A DNA stretch of 61,473 nt from Eubacteriales bacterium (GCA_028706195.1 JAQWBU010000001.1:1-61473), one strand, 5' to 3'; positions 17,094 through 28,421 are shown, numbered from the stretch's first letter. Numbers and translations are program-made. Notes: a model not told the origin generated them from the sequence alone.

Positions 17094-17810
17094 ATGAACA
17101 TAAAAGCAAAGGTAGTAGGCTTGCTGATCATCGCGCTCTTGCTTCTATATGGCTGTGATGCTCAGCAGAACGATTCACCATTCACAATCAGTGTGCTGCC
17201 TCAGGAGCTCAAGGGCTTTTCGATACCAGGTCAGAGCATACATTATCTGGTGACTGTCGAAGAGGAGTCATCAAAAACACCTGTCACAATCAGCGCCTCA
17301 TCGTCAGATGCTGCAATAAGCGTCTTTAAGGAGCAGGTTAATAAAGGGCAGGTGGCCGAAGTGGTCGTTGTTCCAAAGGACGATAGTGCAGGTAAGACAG
17401 TTGAGGTTATTATTCAGGGAGAACGCGGATCTGTCATCGATTCAAAGACAATGACATTCGAAGTGATTGAGGGCACGGACGACAGAAAAGAGCGTGCTGA
17501 GGAGCTGCTTCAGCCCTTTATCACTTACCTTGCTGATTCATACCCTGACTTCAACATAACAGAAGATACTGAATGGAGCGGAACCATGGTGAGTCCTCAG
17601 TGGCTCGTAGTCTCTCATTATCTCTTCTTTTCAGAAGAATGGGAGCTGCATCTGGAGTGGCACATAATGGTTGCTCCGGATGACTGGGTGCGAATAGATC
17701 TGAGGCATAGGCCAGATGAAATCAAACCTTCAGCAGCTTTCGAGATTTCGTCCGTCAGTATTAACGCAGAGCCAATCCCTGTTGAAGTTCCGGCAGAGAT
17801 ATGGAGATAA
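17094..17810 (+). CDS. Hypothetical lipoprotein
   Basis: MNIKAKVVGLLIIALLLLYGC (signal peptide plus lipobox). GAAAGGAG lies 6 nt before ATG 17094. I recognise no family. Confidence 0.5.
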   Translation: MNIKAKVVGLLIIALLLLYGCDAQQNDSPFTISVLPQELKGFSIPGQSIHYLVTVEEESSKTPVTISASSSDAAISVFKEQVNKGQVAEVVVVPKDDSAGKTVEVIIQGERGSVIDSKTMTFEVIEGTDDRKERAEELLQPFITYLADSYPDFNITEDTEWSGTMVSPQWLVVSHYLFFSEEWELHLEWHIMVAPDDWVRIDLRHRPDEIKPSAAFEISSVSINAEPIPVEVPAEIWR

Positions 17811-17820
17811 AGGATTAGGG

Positions 17821-17855
17821 ACTCCGCAGTGGAGACAATCCGCTGCGGAGTTTAT
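17821..17855 (+). terminator. Intrinsic terminator after the lipoprotein gene
   Basis: ACTCCGCAG (17821-17829) / CTGCGGAGT (17843-17851) followed by TTATTAT. Confidence 0.65.
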
Positions 17856-17901
17856 TATGTCCGCTTGTCAAATGTCACAAAAAAGAATCTTATTATTTAG
17901 T

Positions 17902-17930
17902 TTGTCACTCTGAGAGAGAACTGTTATATT
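17902..17930 (+). promoter_or_regulatory. Sigma-70-type promoter of the ABC importer operon
   Basis: TTGTCA (17902-17907), a 17-nt spacer and TATATT (17925-17930). Confidence 0.5.
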
Positions 17931-17962
17931 AGTCAGAGCAAGTTCCGCAATCAAACAACTCG

Positions 17963-17981
17963 GTAATGATAATTAATTTGT
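17963..17981. promoter_or_regulatory. Fur-box-like AT-rich operator candidate
   Basis: GTAATGATAATTAATTTGT matches 13 of 18 aligned positions of the classical GATAATGATAATCATTATC box. It lies between the promoter and an iron-siderophore-type binding-protein gene. Confidence 0.3.
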
Positions 17982-18033
17982 TCGTTACATGAAAACTGAA
18001 GTAGTTTTCCACTTTAAAACAGGAGGAATCAAA

Positions 18034-19155
18034 TTGAATCGTAAATCGAAAGTTCTCAGCCTGTTCATAGCGCTGCTGACAATATTTTCAATCACAGCTT
18101 GCACAGCTGATGCAGAGGCTCCTGCCAACGAGCCGACGCAGCCTCTGACGGGAGTGCCCACTGAAACAGAAACACCTGAGACCTATGTTTTTACAGACTC
18201 AGCGGGCAGAGAAGTGCTCCTGCCATCAAATATAGAAAGAATTGTGCCTTCCGGCCCTCTCTCTCAGCAATTACTTCTTACTATCGCCGGGGACTTGCTG
18301 GTTGCACTGACGAATGATCTGAGCGCAGGCGAGGCTTATTATATTGGTGAAGAATATCAGGCGCTTCCTGTCATCGGACAATTTTTCGGTTCACAGAACA
18401 TGAATATGGAAGAGCTGGCGCGTCTGGAACCACAAGTTGTAATCGACATCGGTGAGCCCAAGGGGAACATTGCCGAAGATATGGACACGATCACTTTACA
18501 GACCGGTATACCTGCTATTTTCATCGAGGCCGATTTGGAAAAGTCCGGCGAGGCATATCGCACCTTGGGCAAGCTCCTTGGCAGGGAAGAGAAGGGAGCA
18601 GCCTTAGGAAATTACTGTGACCGCGTTTTTGCTGGTGCCAAGGCGAAAATGGCTGAAATCCCTGAAAGTGAAAGAATAAGTTTCGCCTATTTGCAGGGGG
18701 AAAGTGGTCTGAACGCGATATCCAGGGGCACCTATCATGCGCTAATCATGGATATGCTGGGAAAAAACGTAGTTGAAGTGGAAAGTCCCTCCTCCCGCGG
18801 CAGCGGTGATGAAATCAATATGGAACAGCTGATTATGTGGGATCCGGAGATAATATTTTTTGCTTCCGGCTCTGTATATGATGAAGTTGAGCTTGATCCG
18901 GCATTTTCCAGCCTCAGCGCTGTTCAGAACGGTAAGTATTATGAAGTGCCCGGACTGCCGTATAACTGGCTTGGGACACCGCCCTCAGTCAACCGCTATA
19001 TCGGCCTGGAATGGATGGCTCAGATCCTATATCCGGATATTTTCACAGAGGATTTTGCAGCCATTGCGCAGGAATACTATAAACTCTTCTACGATTATGA
19101 TCTGAGTTCAGAAGAGTATGCTGACATGATGGCCAATTCAACACTGAAAGATTAG
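18034..19155 (+). CDS. ABC transporter substrate-binding lipoprotein (iron-siderophore/cobalamin, FecB/BtuF-type)
   Basis: Lipobox SITAC. The pattern is of the cluster A-II PBP type (RIVPSGP..., PQVVIDIGEP, DPEIIFFA, YNWLGTPPS). It is followed by a FecCD permease and an ATPase. TTG 18034 lies 8 nt after AGGAGG. Confidence 0.8.
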   Translation: MNRKSKVLSLFIALLTIFSITACTADAEAPANEPTQPLTGVPTETETPETYVFTDSAGREVLLPSNIERIVPSGPLSQQLLLTIAGDLLVALTNDLSAGEAYYIGEEYQALPVIGQFFGSQNMNMEELARLEPQVVIDIGEPKGNIAEDMDTITLQTGIPAIFIEADLEKSGEAYRTLGKLLGREEKGAALGNYCDRVFAGAKAKMAEIPESERISFAYLQGESGLNAISRGTYHALIMDMLGKNVVEVESPSSRGSGDEINMEQLIMWDPEIIFFASGSVYDEVELDPAFSSLSAVQNGKYYEVPGLPYNWLGTPPSVNRYIGLEWMAQILYPDIFTEDFAAIAQEYYKLFYDYDLSSEEYADMMANSTLKD

Positions 19156-19188
19156 CCGGTTCATCTTTACCTGAAAGTGGAGCAGTAA

Positions 19189-20214
19189 TTGAAAGTTAAA
19201 AGCAGCAATAATTATAGAAGTGTAATCTCAGTATTGATCATAGCTTTGATCTTCCTATTGCTGATTTCTCTAGTACTGGGCAGATATCCTTTATCTCTTT
19301 TGGAAATCGGGAGATTGTTTCTTAGCAGAATTACCGATGTTGAACAGACCTGGACCGATTCCTCTGAAGCGATCTTCTTTAACGTCAGGCTGCCCCGTAT
19401 TGGTCTGGCTGCTTTGGTTGGCGCAGCCCTGTCTGTTTCCGGTGCCTGCTATCAGGGAATGTTTCGCAACCCCTTGGTCAGCTCGGATATCATTGGCGCT
19501 TCATCCGGCGCAGCTTTTGGGGCCGCGTTGGGGATTCTGCTGGGAGTCGGCGGTGGCCTGATTTCAATTTCAGCTTTCATCTTCAGTGCGCTGGCAGTCG
19601 CTCTGGTGTATATGATCAGCAGAATATTGCGGCAAAATCAGGTACTGGGCCTGGTTTTATCCGGCATCATGATTGGGTCAATCTTTAATGCCGGTACCAG
19701 TTTTCTGAAACTTATAGCTGATCCGAACGATCAACTGCCGCAGATTACTTTCTGGCTGATGGGTTCCTTGAATGGGAAAACACTGGACGAACTTTATTAT
19801 GGCGCTATTCTGATTTTGATCGGCCTGCTCCCGCTTATGGGTTTACGCTGGAAAATGAATTTACTGACTATGGACGAGAAAGAAGCTCAATCTATGGGTG
19901 TGGCGGTGGGACCCTTACGCCTGATCGTGATTGTCTGTGCCACCTTGCTGACAGCGACCAGCATCGCCGTCTCCGGCATGATTGGCTGGATTTCGTTGGT
20001 GATACCGCATTTCTCACGTCTACTGGTCGGAAGCGACTTCAGACGTTTGCTGCCCACATCGATGCTGATGGGAGCCTGCTTTCTTTTGATTGTAGATAAC
20101 ATTTCGCGTCTGGCTTACACAGCGGAGATTCCACTGGGTATTCTGACTTCTTTGGTCGGTGCGCCCTTCTATCTTTATTTACTCTTGAGCCGCAGAACCA
20201 GGATGAACATCTAG
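19189..20214 (+). CDS. Iron-chelate ABC transporter permease (FecCD family)
   Basis: RLPRIGLAALVGAALSVSGACYQGMFRNPLVSSDIIGASSGAAFG and GWISLVIPHFSRLLVGSDFRRLLP. Confidence 0.88.
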   Translation: MKVKSSNNYRSVISVLIIALIFLLLISLVLGRYPLSLLEIGRLFLSRITDVEQTWTDSSEAIFFNVRLPRIGLAALVGAALSVSGACYQGMFRNPLVSSDIIGASSGAAFGAALGILLGVGGGLISISAFIFSALAVALVYMISRILRQNQVLGLVLSGIMIGSIFNAGTSFLKLIADPNDQLPQITFWLMGSLNGKTLDELYYGAILILIGLLPLMGLRWKMNLLTMDEKEAQSMGVAVGPLRLIVIVCATLLTATSIAVSGMIGWISLVIPHFSRLLVGSDFRRLLPTSMLMGACFLLIVDNISRLAYTAEIPLGILTSLVGAPFYLYLLLSRRTRMNI

Positions 20215-20222
20215 GAGGAAGG

Positions 20223-21008
20223 ATGAGTTTAGAAATCGAAAATCTGCATTTCTCCTACGGTGAGCGCAAGGTGCTGGACGGCATCTCCTTTGTACTTGAG
20301 GAAGGCAGCTTTGTTTGTCTTTTAGGGGCTAATGGCTCAGGAAAAAGTACCCTTTTTTCTTGCATTTTGCAGTTTTTGCCCAAGTATGAGGGCTCCATAA
20401 AACTGAACGGCAGAGAATTGGCTGAACTTAATACCAGAGAACGGGCTGAACAGATCGCTTATATTCCCCAGTCTCATATTCCGGCCTTTAACTTCAGCTG
20501 TCTGGAAGTGGTGCTGATGGCAACTCAGTCCAACGGATCAATCTTTTATGTTCCGGACGAAAAGGCTGAGGAGACCGCCCACGAAGCACTGAGCCGTGTG
20601 GGTCTGGCAGGTTTTGAGGATCGCGGATATGCGCGGATTTCCGGAGGCGAAAGACAGCTGGTCCTGATTGCCCGCGCCTTGGCCCAAGGGTCGAAATTTC
20701 TTATTATGGACGAGCCGACTTCCAGTCTGGACTATGGAAACCAGATGCGCATTCTCTCTATGGTGCGGGATTTGGCCGATGAAGGCTATACAATATTTTT
20801 ATCTACGCATCATCCGGATCAGGCTCTGCTTTTTTCAGATGCGGTGATACTCCTGCATGACGGTAAAATCATGTCTCAGGGCAGGGCGGACGAAGTCCTC
20901 ACTTCGGAAAACCTTTCTCTTATTTACGGCCTGGAGGTGGAGCTGGTTCCGTTCATGGGCGGAAAAATGTTCACCTGCATACCCGCTCAGGTTCTCAAAG
21001 AGACTTAA
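20223..21008 (+). CDS. ABC transporter ATP-binding protein (FepC/FecE-like)
   Basis: Walker A GANGSGKST, signature ISGGERQ, Walker B FLIMDEPTSSLD, and the H-loop. Confidence 0.9.
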   Translation: MSLEIENLHFSYGERKVLDGISFVLEEGSFVCLLGANGSGKSTLFSCILQFLPKYEGSIKLNGRELAELNTRERAEQIAYIPQSHIPAFNFSCLEVVLMATQSNGSIFYVPDEKAEETAHEALSRVGLAGFEDRGYARISGGERQLVLIARALAQGSKFLIMDEPTSSLDYGNQMRILSMVRDLADEGYTIFLSTHHPDQALLFSDAVILLHDGKIMSQGRADEVLTSENLSLIYGLEVELVPFMGGKMFTCIPAQVLKET

Positions 21009-21073
21009 TAATTTGACATCATTTATTCGAACTAGTTACGCAATTAATCATACATCTGTGCTAAGATCGAATC

Positions 21074-23983
21074 ATGAATTCAGATCTGATTATACGCGGA
21101 GCGCGTGAGCATAATTTACAGAATGTATCTCTGACAATTCCACGTAACAAACTGATCGTTTTTACCGGGATTTCAGGTTCCGGAAAATCTTCTCTGGCTT
21201 TCGACACAATCTACGCAGAAGGACAGCGACGCTATGTAGAATCGCTGTCGTCCTATGCGCGGCAGTTTTTGGGTCAATCCAAGAAACCTGATGTTGACAG
21301 CATTGAAGGATTGTCTCCGGCCATTGCCATTGACCAGAAAACGACCAGTAAGAACCCCCGTTCTACCGTGGGGACGGTAACAGAGATCTACGACTACCTG
21401 CGTCTTTTGTACGCACGAGCGGGAACACCGCACTGTCCGCAGTGTGGGCGTGTCATCGAGCGTCAATCCATCGACCAGATTACAGATATTGTTATGCAGG
21501 AAGAAGAGGGAACAAGGCTCTATATTTTCGCGCCTGTAGTGCGTGATCGCAAGGGTGAGCACAAGAAGGTCCTGGACTACCTGCGTGGTGAGGGATTCGT
21601 CCGAGTTCGCATCGATGGTGTGATCTATGAGCTGGAAGAAGAGATTAATCTACAGCGGACACAAAAACATGTGATTGAAGTTGTGGTTGATCGCCTGGTC
21701 CTGCGCCCGGACATTCACAGCAGACTGTCGGATTCAGTTGAAACTGCCCTCAGGCTGGCGGATGGTCTGGTCATGATTCGCTTTGAACAGCGCTCTGACT
21801 CAGATGAAATAGAATGGCGCGAGCAGCTTTTTTCACAAAATTTCTCCTGTCCTGATTGTCAGATCAGTATCGGCGAAATTTCTCCCGGAATGTTCAGCTT
21901 TAACAATCCTTATGGAGCCTGTCCCGAATGTACCGGCCTGGGTGAACACACTCATATTGATCCGAACCTGATCATAGCGGATAAGAACATTTCTCTGGAA
22001 GAAGGTGCGATTTCAGCCATTGGCTTTAATTTCAAGGACACCGGCAGTTGGGCCCGAGCTCATCTTAACGCTCTGGCGAAAAAATATAAGTTTTCTCTGA
22101 AAACGCCGTGGAAGGATCTACCACAGGATATTCAGGATTTGATTCTCTTTGGCGGAGATAATCCCAAACTGACAGTAGACACCAGCATGACCCGTTACGA
22201 TCGGGGTGAACCGTACAGCACAACCTGGAACGGGGTTGTATCGGTGCTGGAACGCCGTTACAAAGACAACAGCTCCGGTGATATCCGAGATTATTATGAT
22301 CAATATCTGGCCTTCACGGAATGTCCTGCTTGTAAAGGCGGGCGTCTCAGACCGGAAAGTCTGGCTGTGACTATAGGAGATTTGAATATTAAGGAGCTGA
22401 CAGACCTGTCGATCAGCGATGCGCATAGTTTCCTCCAGCAGGTAGAGTTTTCGGATCGCGGCAAAGCGGAGATAGCTGAACCCGTGCTCAGAGAAGTCAA
22501 AGCTCGCTTGTTGTTCATGCTCGATGTCGGCCTGGAATATCTGACTTTGTCGCGAGCCTCGGCTACTTTGTCTGGCGGTGAAGCGCAGCGCATTCGTCTG
22601 GCAACACAGATCGGATCCGGTCTTACCGGTGTCCTTTATGTTCTGGATGAACCTTCTATAGGACTGCACCAGCGAGATAACGCAAGACTTCTTCGCACCC
22701 TGAAGAACCTGCGCGATTTAGGAAATACCGTAATAGTAGTTGAGCATGACGAGGAGACAATCTGGGAAGCGGATGTCGTTGTTGATATAGGACCCGGGGC
22801 AGGTGAGTACGGAGGGAAGATAGTTTCCTGCGGACGACCTGAGGATATCGCCAATGATGATAATTCCATAACGGGCCTGTATCTTTCTGGCAAAAAATCA
22901 ATAGAGATACCCCTGGAACGCAGACCGCAGAAACAGGGTTTTCTCAAAATTTACGGCGCGGCTGAGAATAACCTCAAAAATATTGATGTATCGATTCCGT
23001 TGGGAAACCTGGTTTGTATAACAGGCGTTTCCGGTTCAGGGAAAAGCTCCCTGGCCAATGATGTCTTGCTGAAAAAACTGGAAGTTGAATTGCAGAATTC
23101 GCGGCGCCGTTTGGGAAAATTTGACCGTATAGAAGGTATTGAACAACTGGATAAAGTCATTTCCATAGATCAGTCCCCGATTGGACGCACTCCGCGCTCC
23201 AATCCGGCAACCTACACCGGAACATTTGATATGATCCGGAGTCTGTTTGCAGAGACTCCGGAGGCGAAAGCACGCGGATATAAACCGGGCCGCTTCAGCT
23301 TTAACGTTAAGGGAGGCCGTTGCGAGGCCTGTCAGGGGGACGGAGTCAACCGTATTGAGATGCACTTTTTGCCTGACGTGTATGTCACCTGCGAGGTTTG
23401 TGACGGCTTGCGTTATAACAGAGAAACTCTGGAAGTGCGTTATAAGGACAAAAACATCAGCGATGTTCTCAACCTGACCGTGGAAGAAGCTTTAGACTTT
23501 TTCCGGAACATTCCCCGTATAGCGCGTAAATTACAAACACTGCTTGATGTGGGACTGGGTTACATCCGACTAGGGCAGTCTTCAACGGAACTATCCGGAG
23601 GCGAAGCTCAGCGAATTAAACTGGCTACCGAATTATCCAAGCGTGATACCGGCAAGACCTTTTATATACTGGATGAGCCTACTACCGGCCTGCATAGCGC
23701 AGACGTACATAATCTTATTGGTGTACTGCATCGTCTGGTTGAGTCAGGCAATACAGTTCTGATAATCGAGCACAATCTGGACATAATTAAAACTGCGGAC
23801 TACATCATCGATCTGGGCCCTGAAGGGGGAGAAAAAGGCGGTTACCTGCTGGCAGCGGGTACACCGGATGAAGTTGCGGCAAACAAGGATTCCTACACCG
23901 GACAGTACCTTGCGCAAATACTTAAAAGGGTGTATCCTTCAGTTTCCCAGGAAAACATCGTAACAAGCGTGGCCAAAGCTTGA
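21074..23983 (+). CDS. uvrA: Excinuclease ABC subunit A
   Basis: [37 protein letters not shown], zinc modules CPQCG / CPDC...CPEC / CEACQGDG...CEVC, and two ABC cassettes. Confidence 0.97.
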   Translation: MNSDLIIRGAREHNLQNVSLTIPRNKLIVFTGISGSGKSSLAFDTIYAEGQRRYVESLSSYARQFLGQSKKPDVDSIEGLSPAIAIDQKTTSKNPRSTVGTVTEIYDYLRLLYARAGTPHCPQCGRVIERQSIDQITDIVMQEEEGTRLYIFAPVVRDRKGEHKKVLDYLRGEGFVRVRIDGVIYELEEEINLQRTQKHVIEVVVDRLVLRPDIHSRLSDSVETALRLADGLVMIRFEQRSDSDEIEWREQLFSQNFSCPDCQISIGEISPGMFSFNNPYGACPECTGLGEHTHIDPNLIIADKNISLEEGAISAIGFNFKDTGSWARAHLNALAKKYKFSLKTPWKDLPQDIQDLILFGGDNPKLTVDTSMTRYDRGEPYSTTWNGVVSVLERRYKDNSSGDIRDYYDQYLAFTECPACKGGRLRPESLAVTIGDLNIKELTDLSISDAHSFLQQVEFSDRGKAEIAEPVLREVKARLLFMLDVGLEYLTLSRASATLSGGEAQRIRLATQIGSGLTGVLYVLDEPSIGLHQRDNARLLRTLKNLRDLGNTVIVVEHDEETIWEADVVVDIGPGAGEYGGKIVSCGRPEDIANDDNSITGLYLSGKKSIEIPLERRPQKQGFLKIYGAAENNLKNIDVSIPLGNLVCITGVSGSGKSSLANDVLLKKLEVELQNSRRRLGKFDRIEGIEQLDKVISIDQSPIGRTPRSNPATYTGTFDMIRSLFAETPEAKARGYKPGRFSFNVKGGRCEACQGDGVNRIEMHFLPDVYVTCEVCDGLRYNRETLEVRYKDKNISDVLNLTVEEALDFFRNIPRIARKLQTLLDVGLGYIRLGQSSTELSGGEAQRIKLATELSKRDTGKTFYILDEPTTGLHSADVHNLIGVLHRLVESGNTVLIIEHNLDIIKTADYIIDLGPEGGEKGGYLLAAGTPDEVAANKDSYTGQYLAQILKRVYPSVSQENIVTSVAKA

Positions 23984-24033
23984 GCAAAGCTTGGCGGTCA
24001 CTTATTATATAATTAAGGATTAAAAGAACGGAA

Positions 24034-26535
24034 ATGCAAATGAGTAAATGTTCTATATGTAAAATAAATGAAGCAGTTGTCTTCGCCAACAAAGCTTTCG
24101 ACGGTGAGAATCGTCTGGAAGGTGTCTGTCTTAAGTGTGCCTACGAGCAGGATCTCGGCGGCATGACGGAACTTTTTGAACGCGTTGGCGTTACGGAAGA
24201 CAATGTTGATGAAATAACTTCTCGGATGAATCAGATGATGGAACAGTTTTCCGGTCAGAGACCGGAAGAAGTTCTCGGCATGCTGATGAAAGGTCAATTT
24301 CCCGGCATTATGGATGATGCTGAATGGGTGAGTGCAGATGATGACTCCGATTATGAAGAGGATGATGATGATGTAGATTCCGATGATCGCAGACTAAGCA
24401 CCGGCCGTGACAGTCAGATCAGCTCTCAGACTTCTTTTGGAGATCTGGTTCCCGCTAATATCGGTAATCCTGATGAAGATGAAGATAGAAGCAGAAGATC
24501 GCGACGTAAACCGCGCCGCAAATTTTTGGAGCAATTCAGCACGAACTTGTCCGAAAAGGCGGCTAATGGTGAGATCGATCGGATTATCGGCCGCGATGAC
24601 GAATTGAATCATGTCATCCAGATTCTCAATCGCCGTACCAAAAATAACCCGGCACTGATCGGTGAGCCCGGAGTGGGAAAAACAGCCATAGCTGAGGGTC
24701 TGGCAGTCAGAATCCACGAAGGAAGAGTACCTGCCAAATTGCTGGATCAGGAAATGTTCCTGCTTGATATGACAGGCATGGTAGCCGGTACTCAATTCAG
24801 AGGCCAGTTTGAAAGCCGGATGAAAGGCGTAGTTGATGACTGCCGCCGTTCCGGGAATGTGATTCTGGTTATTGATGAGCTTCACAATATCATGGGCGCA
24901 GGCGATGCCGAAGGTGCTATGAATGCCGGTAATATTTTGAAACCTGCTCTGGCCAAAGGTGAGATTAAAGTCATCGGCTCCACTACTTTAGATGAATACC
25001 GCCGTTTTATTGAGAAAGACTCAGCTTTGGAACGCAGGTTCCAGAAGGTGATGGTGGATGAGCCAGGCAAGGAAGATGCTTTTGAGATTCTCATGGGGGT
25101 TAAAGACTACTATGAGGATCATCACCACGTGTTTTATCCGGCTCCGGTTGTGAAAGAAGCGGTACGTCTGTCCTCGCGCTATATTACTGAACGTTTTCTG
25201 CCCGACAAGGCCATAGATCTCCTGGATGAAGCCGGTTCACGTGCAAATCTCGCTTGCGAGTGTCTGGTTGAGATTAAGCAGCTGGACGACAAAATTCAAG
25301 AGCTGGAATTCGCGCAGGAAGATCTTGAGAAGACCATAAATGAATCAACGGCTGAAAGCGATCAAGTCGAGCTTTACGCCAAACATATAGAAGTCCGGTC
25401 AGAACTGATGCGTGTTCGTTCTCAGCGGGAAGAAACAGCCCGAAATTGTCCCCCGGTTGAGATCACAACGCAAGATATCGCTTCTGTAGTTGAAATGTGG
25501 ACCGGTATTCCGGTTGTTCGCATGACCGAAGAAGAAAGTTCACGCCTGCTGCATCTGGAAGACAGACTGCACGAACGGGTTGTGGGACAAAATGAGGCAG
25601 TTAATGCTTTGTCCCGCGCCATCAGACGTCACAGATCAGGATTCAGTCAGGAAAACAAGCCTGCAACATTCCTCTTTGTCGGGCCGACAGGAGTCGGTAA
25701 GACGGAACTGGTCAAGGCTCTGGCTGAGGTCATGTTTGATACTGAGGATGCACTGGTCAGACTGGATATGTCTGAATACATGGAAGCTCATACAGTAAGT
25801 AAGCTGATCGGATCTCCTCCCGGTTATGTCGGCTACGATGACGGTGGCCAGCTGACAGAACAAATTCGCCGCAAACCCTACAGCGTAGTGCTATTTGACG
25901 AAATTGAAAAAGCACATGCGGATGTTTACAATATTTTGCTGCAGATTATGGATGATGGCCGTCTGACCGACAGCCATGGCCACGTAGTAAGTTTTGAAAA
26001 CTGCATTATTGTGATGACCAGTAATGCCGGCACAACACTCAAAGGTAACACGATCGGATTTGGAGCAGACGGACACGTTGCGATGGAAGAGCGCATCGAT
26101 GGAGTTCTCAAAGATATCTTCCGACCGGAATTCCTTAACCGCATAGACGAAACCGTCGTCTTCCATGAGCTGACTACTGAGGAAATCAGATCAATTGTCG
26201 ATCTGATGCTGAAGGATCCTGTCAGGGATATGAAGCGCCGCAATATTGAACTTGAAGTCACCGGGGACGCGAGGGATCTCCTGGCCAAGGAGGGCTATGA
26301 GCCCAAGTACGGCGCCAGACCTCTGCGTCGAAAGATTCAGCGCCGCATTGAAGATGTTCTGGCTGACCTCTGGTTGTCCGGTGATCTCAATTATGCAGAG
26401 AAAGTTATTGTAGACGCAGCTGACAACGTTGGCGCTGAACTTGAATCTCCCGACATGGGCGGCCCGCATTTCGACGATAGTGGTAATTACGCTTTTATCT
26501 GGGAGAATAAAGTACTAAGTCTGAAAAAGTCATGA
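24034..26535 (+). CDS. Class I Clp/Hsp100 AAA+ ATPase (ClpA/ClpC-like) with a zinc-ribbon N-terminus
   Basis: D1 [15 protein letters not shown] and VLVIDELH. D2 [15 protein letters not shown] and [12 protein letters not shown] ClpP-docking-type loop GNTIGFG. The N-terminus has C6-x2-C9...C32-x2-C35 plus an acidic tract instead of Clp_N repeats. Confidence 0.85.
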   Translation: MQMSKCSICKINEAVVFANKAFDGENRLEGVCLKCAYEQDLGGMTELFERVGVTEDNVDEITSRMNQMMEQFSGQRPEEVLGMLMKGQFPGIMDDAEWVSADDDSDYEEDDDDVDSDDRRLSTGRDSQISSQTSFGDLVPANIGNPDEDEDRSRRSRRKPRRKFLEQFSTNLSEKAANGEIDRIIGRDDELNHVIQILNRRTKNNPALIGEPGVGKTAIAEGLAVRIHEGRVPAKLLDQEMFLLDMTGMVAGTQFRGQFESRMKGVVDDCRRSGNVILVIDELHNIMGAGDAEGAMNAGNILKPALAKGEIKVIGSTTLDEYRRFIEKDSALERRFQKVMVDEPGKEDAFEILMGVKDYYEDHHHVFYPAPVVKEAVRLSSRYITERFLPDKAIDLLDEAGSRANLACECLVEIKQLDDKIQELEFAQEDLEKTINESTAESDQVELYAKHIEVRSELMRVRSQREETARNCPPVEITTQDIASVVEMWTGIPVVRMTEEESSRLLHLEDRLHERVVGQNEAVNALSRAIRRHRSGFSQENKPATFLFVGPTGVGKTELVKALAEVMFDTEDALVRLDMSEYMEAHTVSKLIGSPPGYVGYDDGGQLTEQIRRKPYSVVLFDEIEKAHADVYNILLQIMDDGRLTDSHGHVVSFENCIIVMTSNAGTTLKGNTIGFGADGHVAMEERIDGVLKDIFRPEFLNRIDETVVFHELTTEEIRSIVDLMLKDPVRDMKRRNIELEVTGDARDLLAKEGYEPKYGARPLRRKIQRRIEDVLADLWLSGDLNYAEKVIVDAADNVGAELESPDMGGPHFDDSGNYAFIWENKVLSLKKS

Positions 26536-26927
26536 GCATACCTGAGATAACTCTAATGGTTCGTATTTTGTTGCTGGCCCTGGTTGCACTGGGGCTGGCA
26601 CTTTTTGTTTTTTCCCGGCTGAGAAGAAGAGTTGAAACAATCGCCAAGCGGGAAATTGCAGAGAACGATTCTACTTTAATTGGTATGCGCGCCATTGCCG
26701 TTACGGAACTGAGACCAAATTCGATCGGCGAAATACGTCCGGCCTTTTCCGCGGAAAAAGAAGATGAAATCGCTTTGAGCAGCGAGGATAAAAGGGCTTC
26801 ATTCACAACCTTCCCGGCTATATCGTCCCAGTACATTTCCAAGGGCAGATCAGTCAGAGTAACAGGCGGCGACAACGAACTTTATCGCGTACGCCCCGCG
26901 ATTGATACCTTTCCTGCCAATAAATAA
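26532..26927 (+). CDS. NfeD-like small membrane protein (TM plus OB-fold)
   Basis: ATGA overlap with the clp gene. TM segment VRILLLALVALGLALFVF. C-terminal LIGMRAIAVTELRPNSIGEI...ISKGRSVRVTGGDNELYRVRP matches the NfeD OB-domain pattern. Confidence 0.5.
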   Translation: MSIPEITLMVRILLLALVALGLALFVFSRLRRRVETIAKREIAENDSTLIGMRAIAVTELRPNSIGEIRPAFSAEKEDEIALSSEDKRASFTTFPAISSQYISKGRSVRVTGGDNELYRVRPAIDTFPANK

Positions 26928-27062
26928 TAATTTCTCTTTAGCGGTCATAGCTTTCTTCAACTGAAAGTGTTTTGCCACGTATTTTCGCTATAATGATAAA
27001 TTAGGATGCGTAAGTTAGTTATGTCATCACTGCTGAAAAAGCATTTTGAAGGAGGATGTGCC

Positions 27063-28412
27063 ATGTTGAGCCTTAAGACGCAACAAGCGATGCCCTTTAT
27101 TACGGAAGAAGAGCTGGAGAATCTGCTGCCATTTATGGCTACCGCTCACAAACAACTGGAAAGCGGAACCGGACCTGGCGCTGAATACAGTGGCTGGTAT
27201 CATGTACCGGAAATCAATGCCGAAGAGGAGCTGAAAAGGATAGAAACCGTTGCGGCAAGGCTGCGCGAGTCCAGTGATATCTTCCTGGTTTTGGGCATAG
27301 GCGGATCTTATCTTGGAGCCAGGGCCGTGATTGAAGCCTGTAACCATCACTTCACTACACTTCTGAATAAATCTCAGCGCGGCGCGCCTCTGGTCTTGTT
27401 CGCAGGACATCAGCTGAGCGAAGATTATCTGGCAGAACTCTGCGATATCCTCGCAGACTATGATGTGAGCCTGAATGTTGTGTCAAAGTCAGGAACTACC
27501 ACGGAAACTGCCATCGCTTTCCGTATCCTGCGCTCCTTCATGGAGAAAAAGTATAGTCCCGAAGAGTTAAAGCAACGCATTGTCGTAACTACAGATGCCA
27601 ATAAAGGCGCTTTGCGCTCCTATGCCAACGAGGCCGGAGTCGACTCCTTTGTTGTGCCCGATGATATCGGTGGACGCTATTCAGTCTTAAGTGCAGTAGG
27701 ACTATTGCCGATTGCCGTAGCCGGCATAAATATACGGGACTTGCTGGACGGAGCCACTTGGGCCTATGAGAAATATTTGAAGTTTGATCCCGCAGAAGTT
27801 AATGACTGCGTGCGTTACACTCAGACACGTCACATTCTGGCTCAACGCGGATATTTGCTGGAAATGATGGTTAATTATGAACCTTCGATGACAATGTTTA
27901 CCGAATGGTGGAAACAACTTTTCGGCGAAAGTGAAGGTAAGAACGGACGCGGTCTTTTCCCGGCCGGGGCGAATTTTACCACTGATCTGCATTCCTTGGG
28001 TCAGTACATACAGGAAGGGAGAAGGATTCTCTTTGAGACTTCCATCCTCTTCAAGACATCGCAGCGCGAACTGAAGGTGCCGCAACAGGAAGATAATTCA
28101 GATCAATTGAACTATCTCGCCGGTATGAGTCTGCATGAGGTCAATCAGACTGCAGCTGTAGGTACCAGTCTGGCTCATGTGCGTGGTGGTGTTCCCAATA
28201 TAAGTCTGGAAGTATCCAAAAGATCCCCCGCCAGCATTGGCGCATTGATTTATTTCTTTGAAAAAGCCTGCGCCCTCAGCGGATATCTGGATGCTATCAA
28301 CCCATTCGATCAACCCGGAGTGGAAGCTTACAAGAAGAATATGTTCGCGTTATTAGGTAAGCCGGGATTTGAAAATTTGCGCGCGAAACTAGTGGAAGAA
28401 TTGAATAGATAA
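27063..28412 (+). CDS. pgi: Glucose-6-phosphate isomerase (short bacterial type)
   Basis: LGIGGSYLGARAV, VSKSGTTTETA, IGGRYSVLSAVGLLP, ESEGK and QPGVEAYK. ATG 27063 lies 8 nt after GGAGG. Confidence 0.92.
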   Translation: MLSLKTQQAMPFITEEELENLLPFMATAHKQLESGTGPGAEYSGWYHVPEINAEEELKRIETVAARLRESSDIFLVLGIGGSYLGARAVIEACNHHFTTLLNKSQRGAPLVLFAGHQLSEDYLAELCDILADYDVSLNVVSKSGTTTETAIAFRILRSFMEKKYSPEELKQRIVVTTDANKGALRSYANEAGVDSFVVPDDIGGRYSVLSAVGLLPIAVAGINIRDLLDGATWAYEKYLKFDPAEVNDCVRYTQTRHILAQRGYLLEMMVNYEPSMTMFTEWWKQLFGESEGKNGRGLFPAGANFTTDLHSLGQYIQEGRRILFETSILFKTSQRELKVPQQEDNSDQLNYLAGMSLHEVNQTAAVGTSLAHVRGGVPNISLEVSKRSPASIGALIYFFEKACALSGYLDAINPFDQPGVEAYKKNMFALLGKPGFENLRAKLVEELNR

Positions 28413-28421
28413 TTGAAAAAT

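Noticed and set aside
16710-17158. + strand ORFs 16710..16958 and 16865..17158 in the gap after the anti-sigma gene.
   Set aside because: They have no SD and an implausible composition. The region is better explained by the minus-strand MDR-oxidoreductase remnant and by the real lipoprotein start at 17094.
21173-26875. Numerous 60-180-aa antisense or out-of-frame ORFs inside uvrA and the clp gene. The same occurs inside valS, ligA, polA, topA, trmFO-queA and the ATPase.
   Set aside because: All are nested in long, motif-rich conserved genes. Their composition is typical of frame-shadow ORFs (Arg/Ser/Cys-rich), and none has an SD or a recognisable family.
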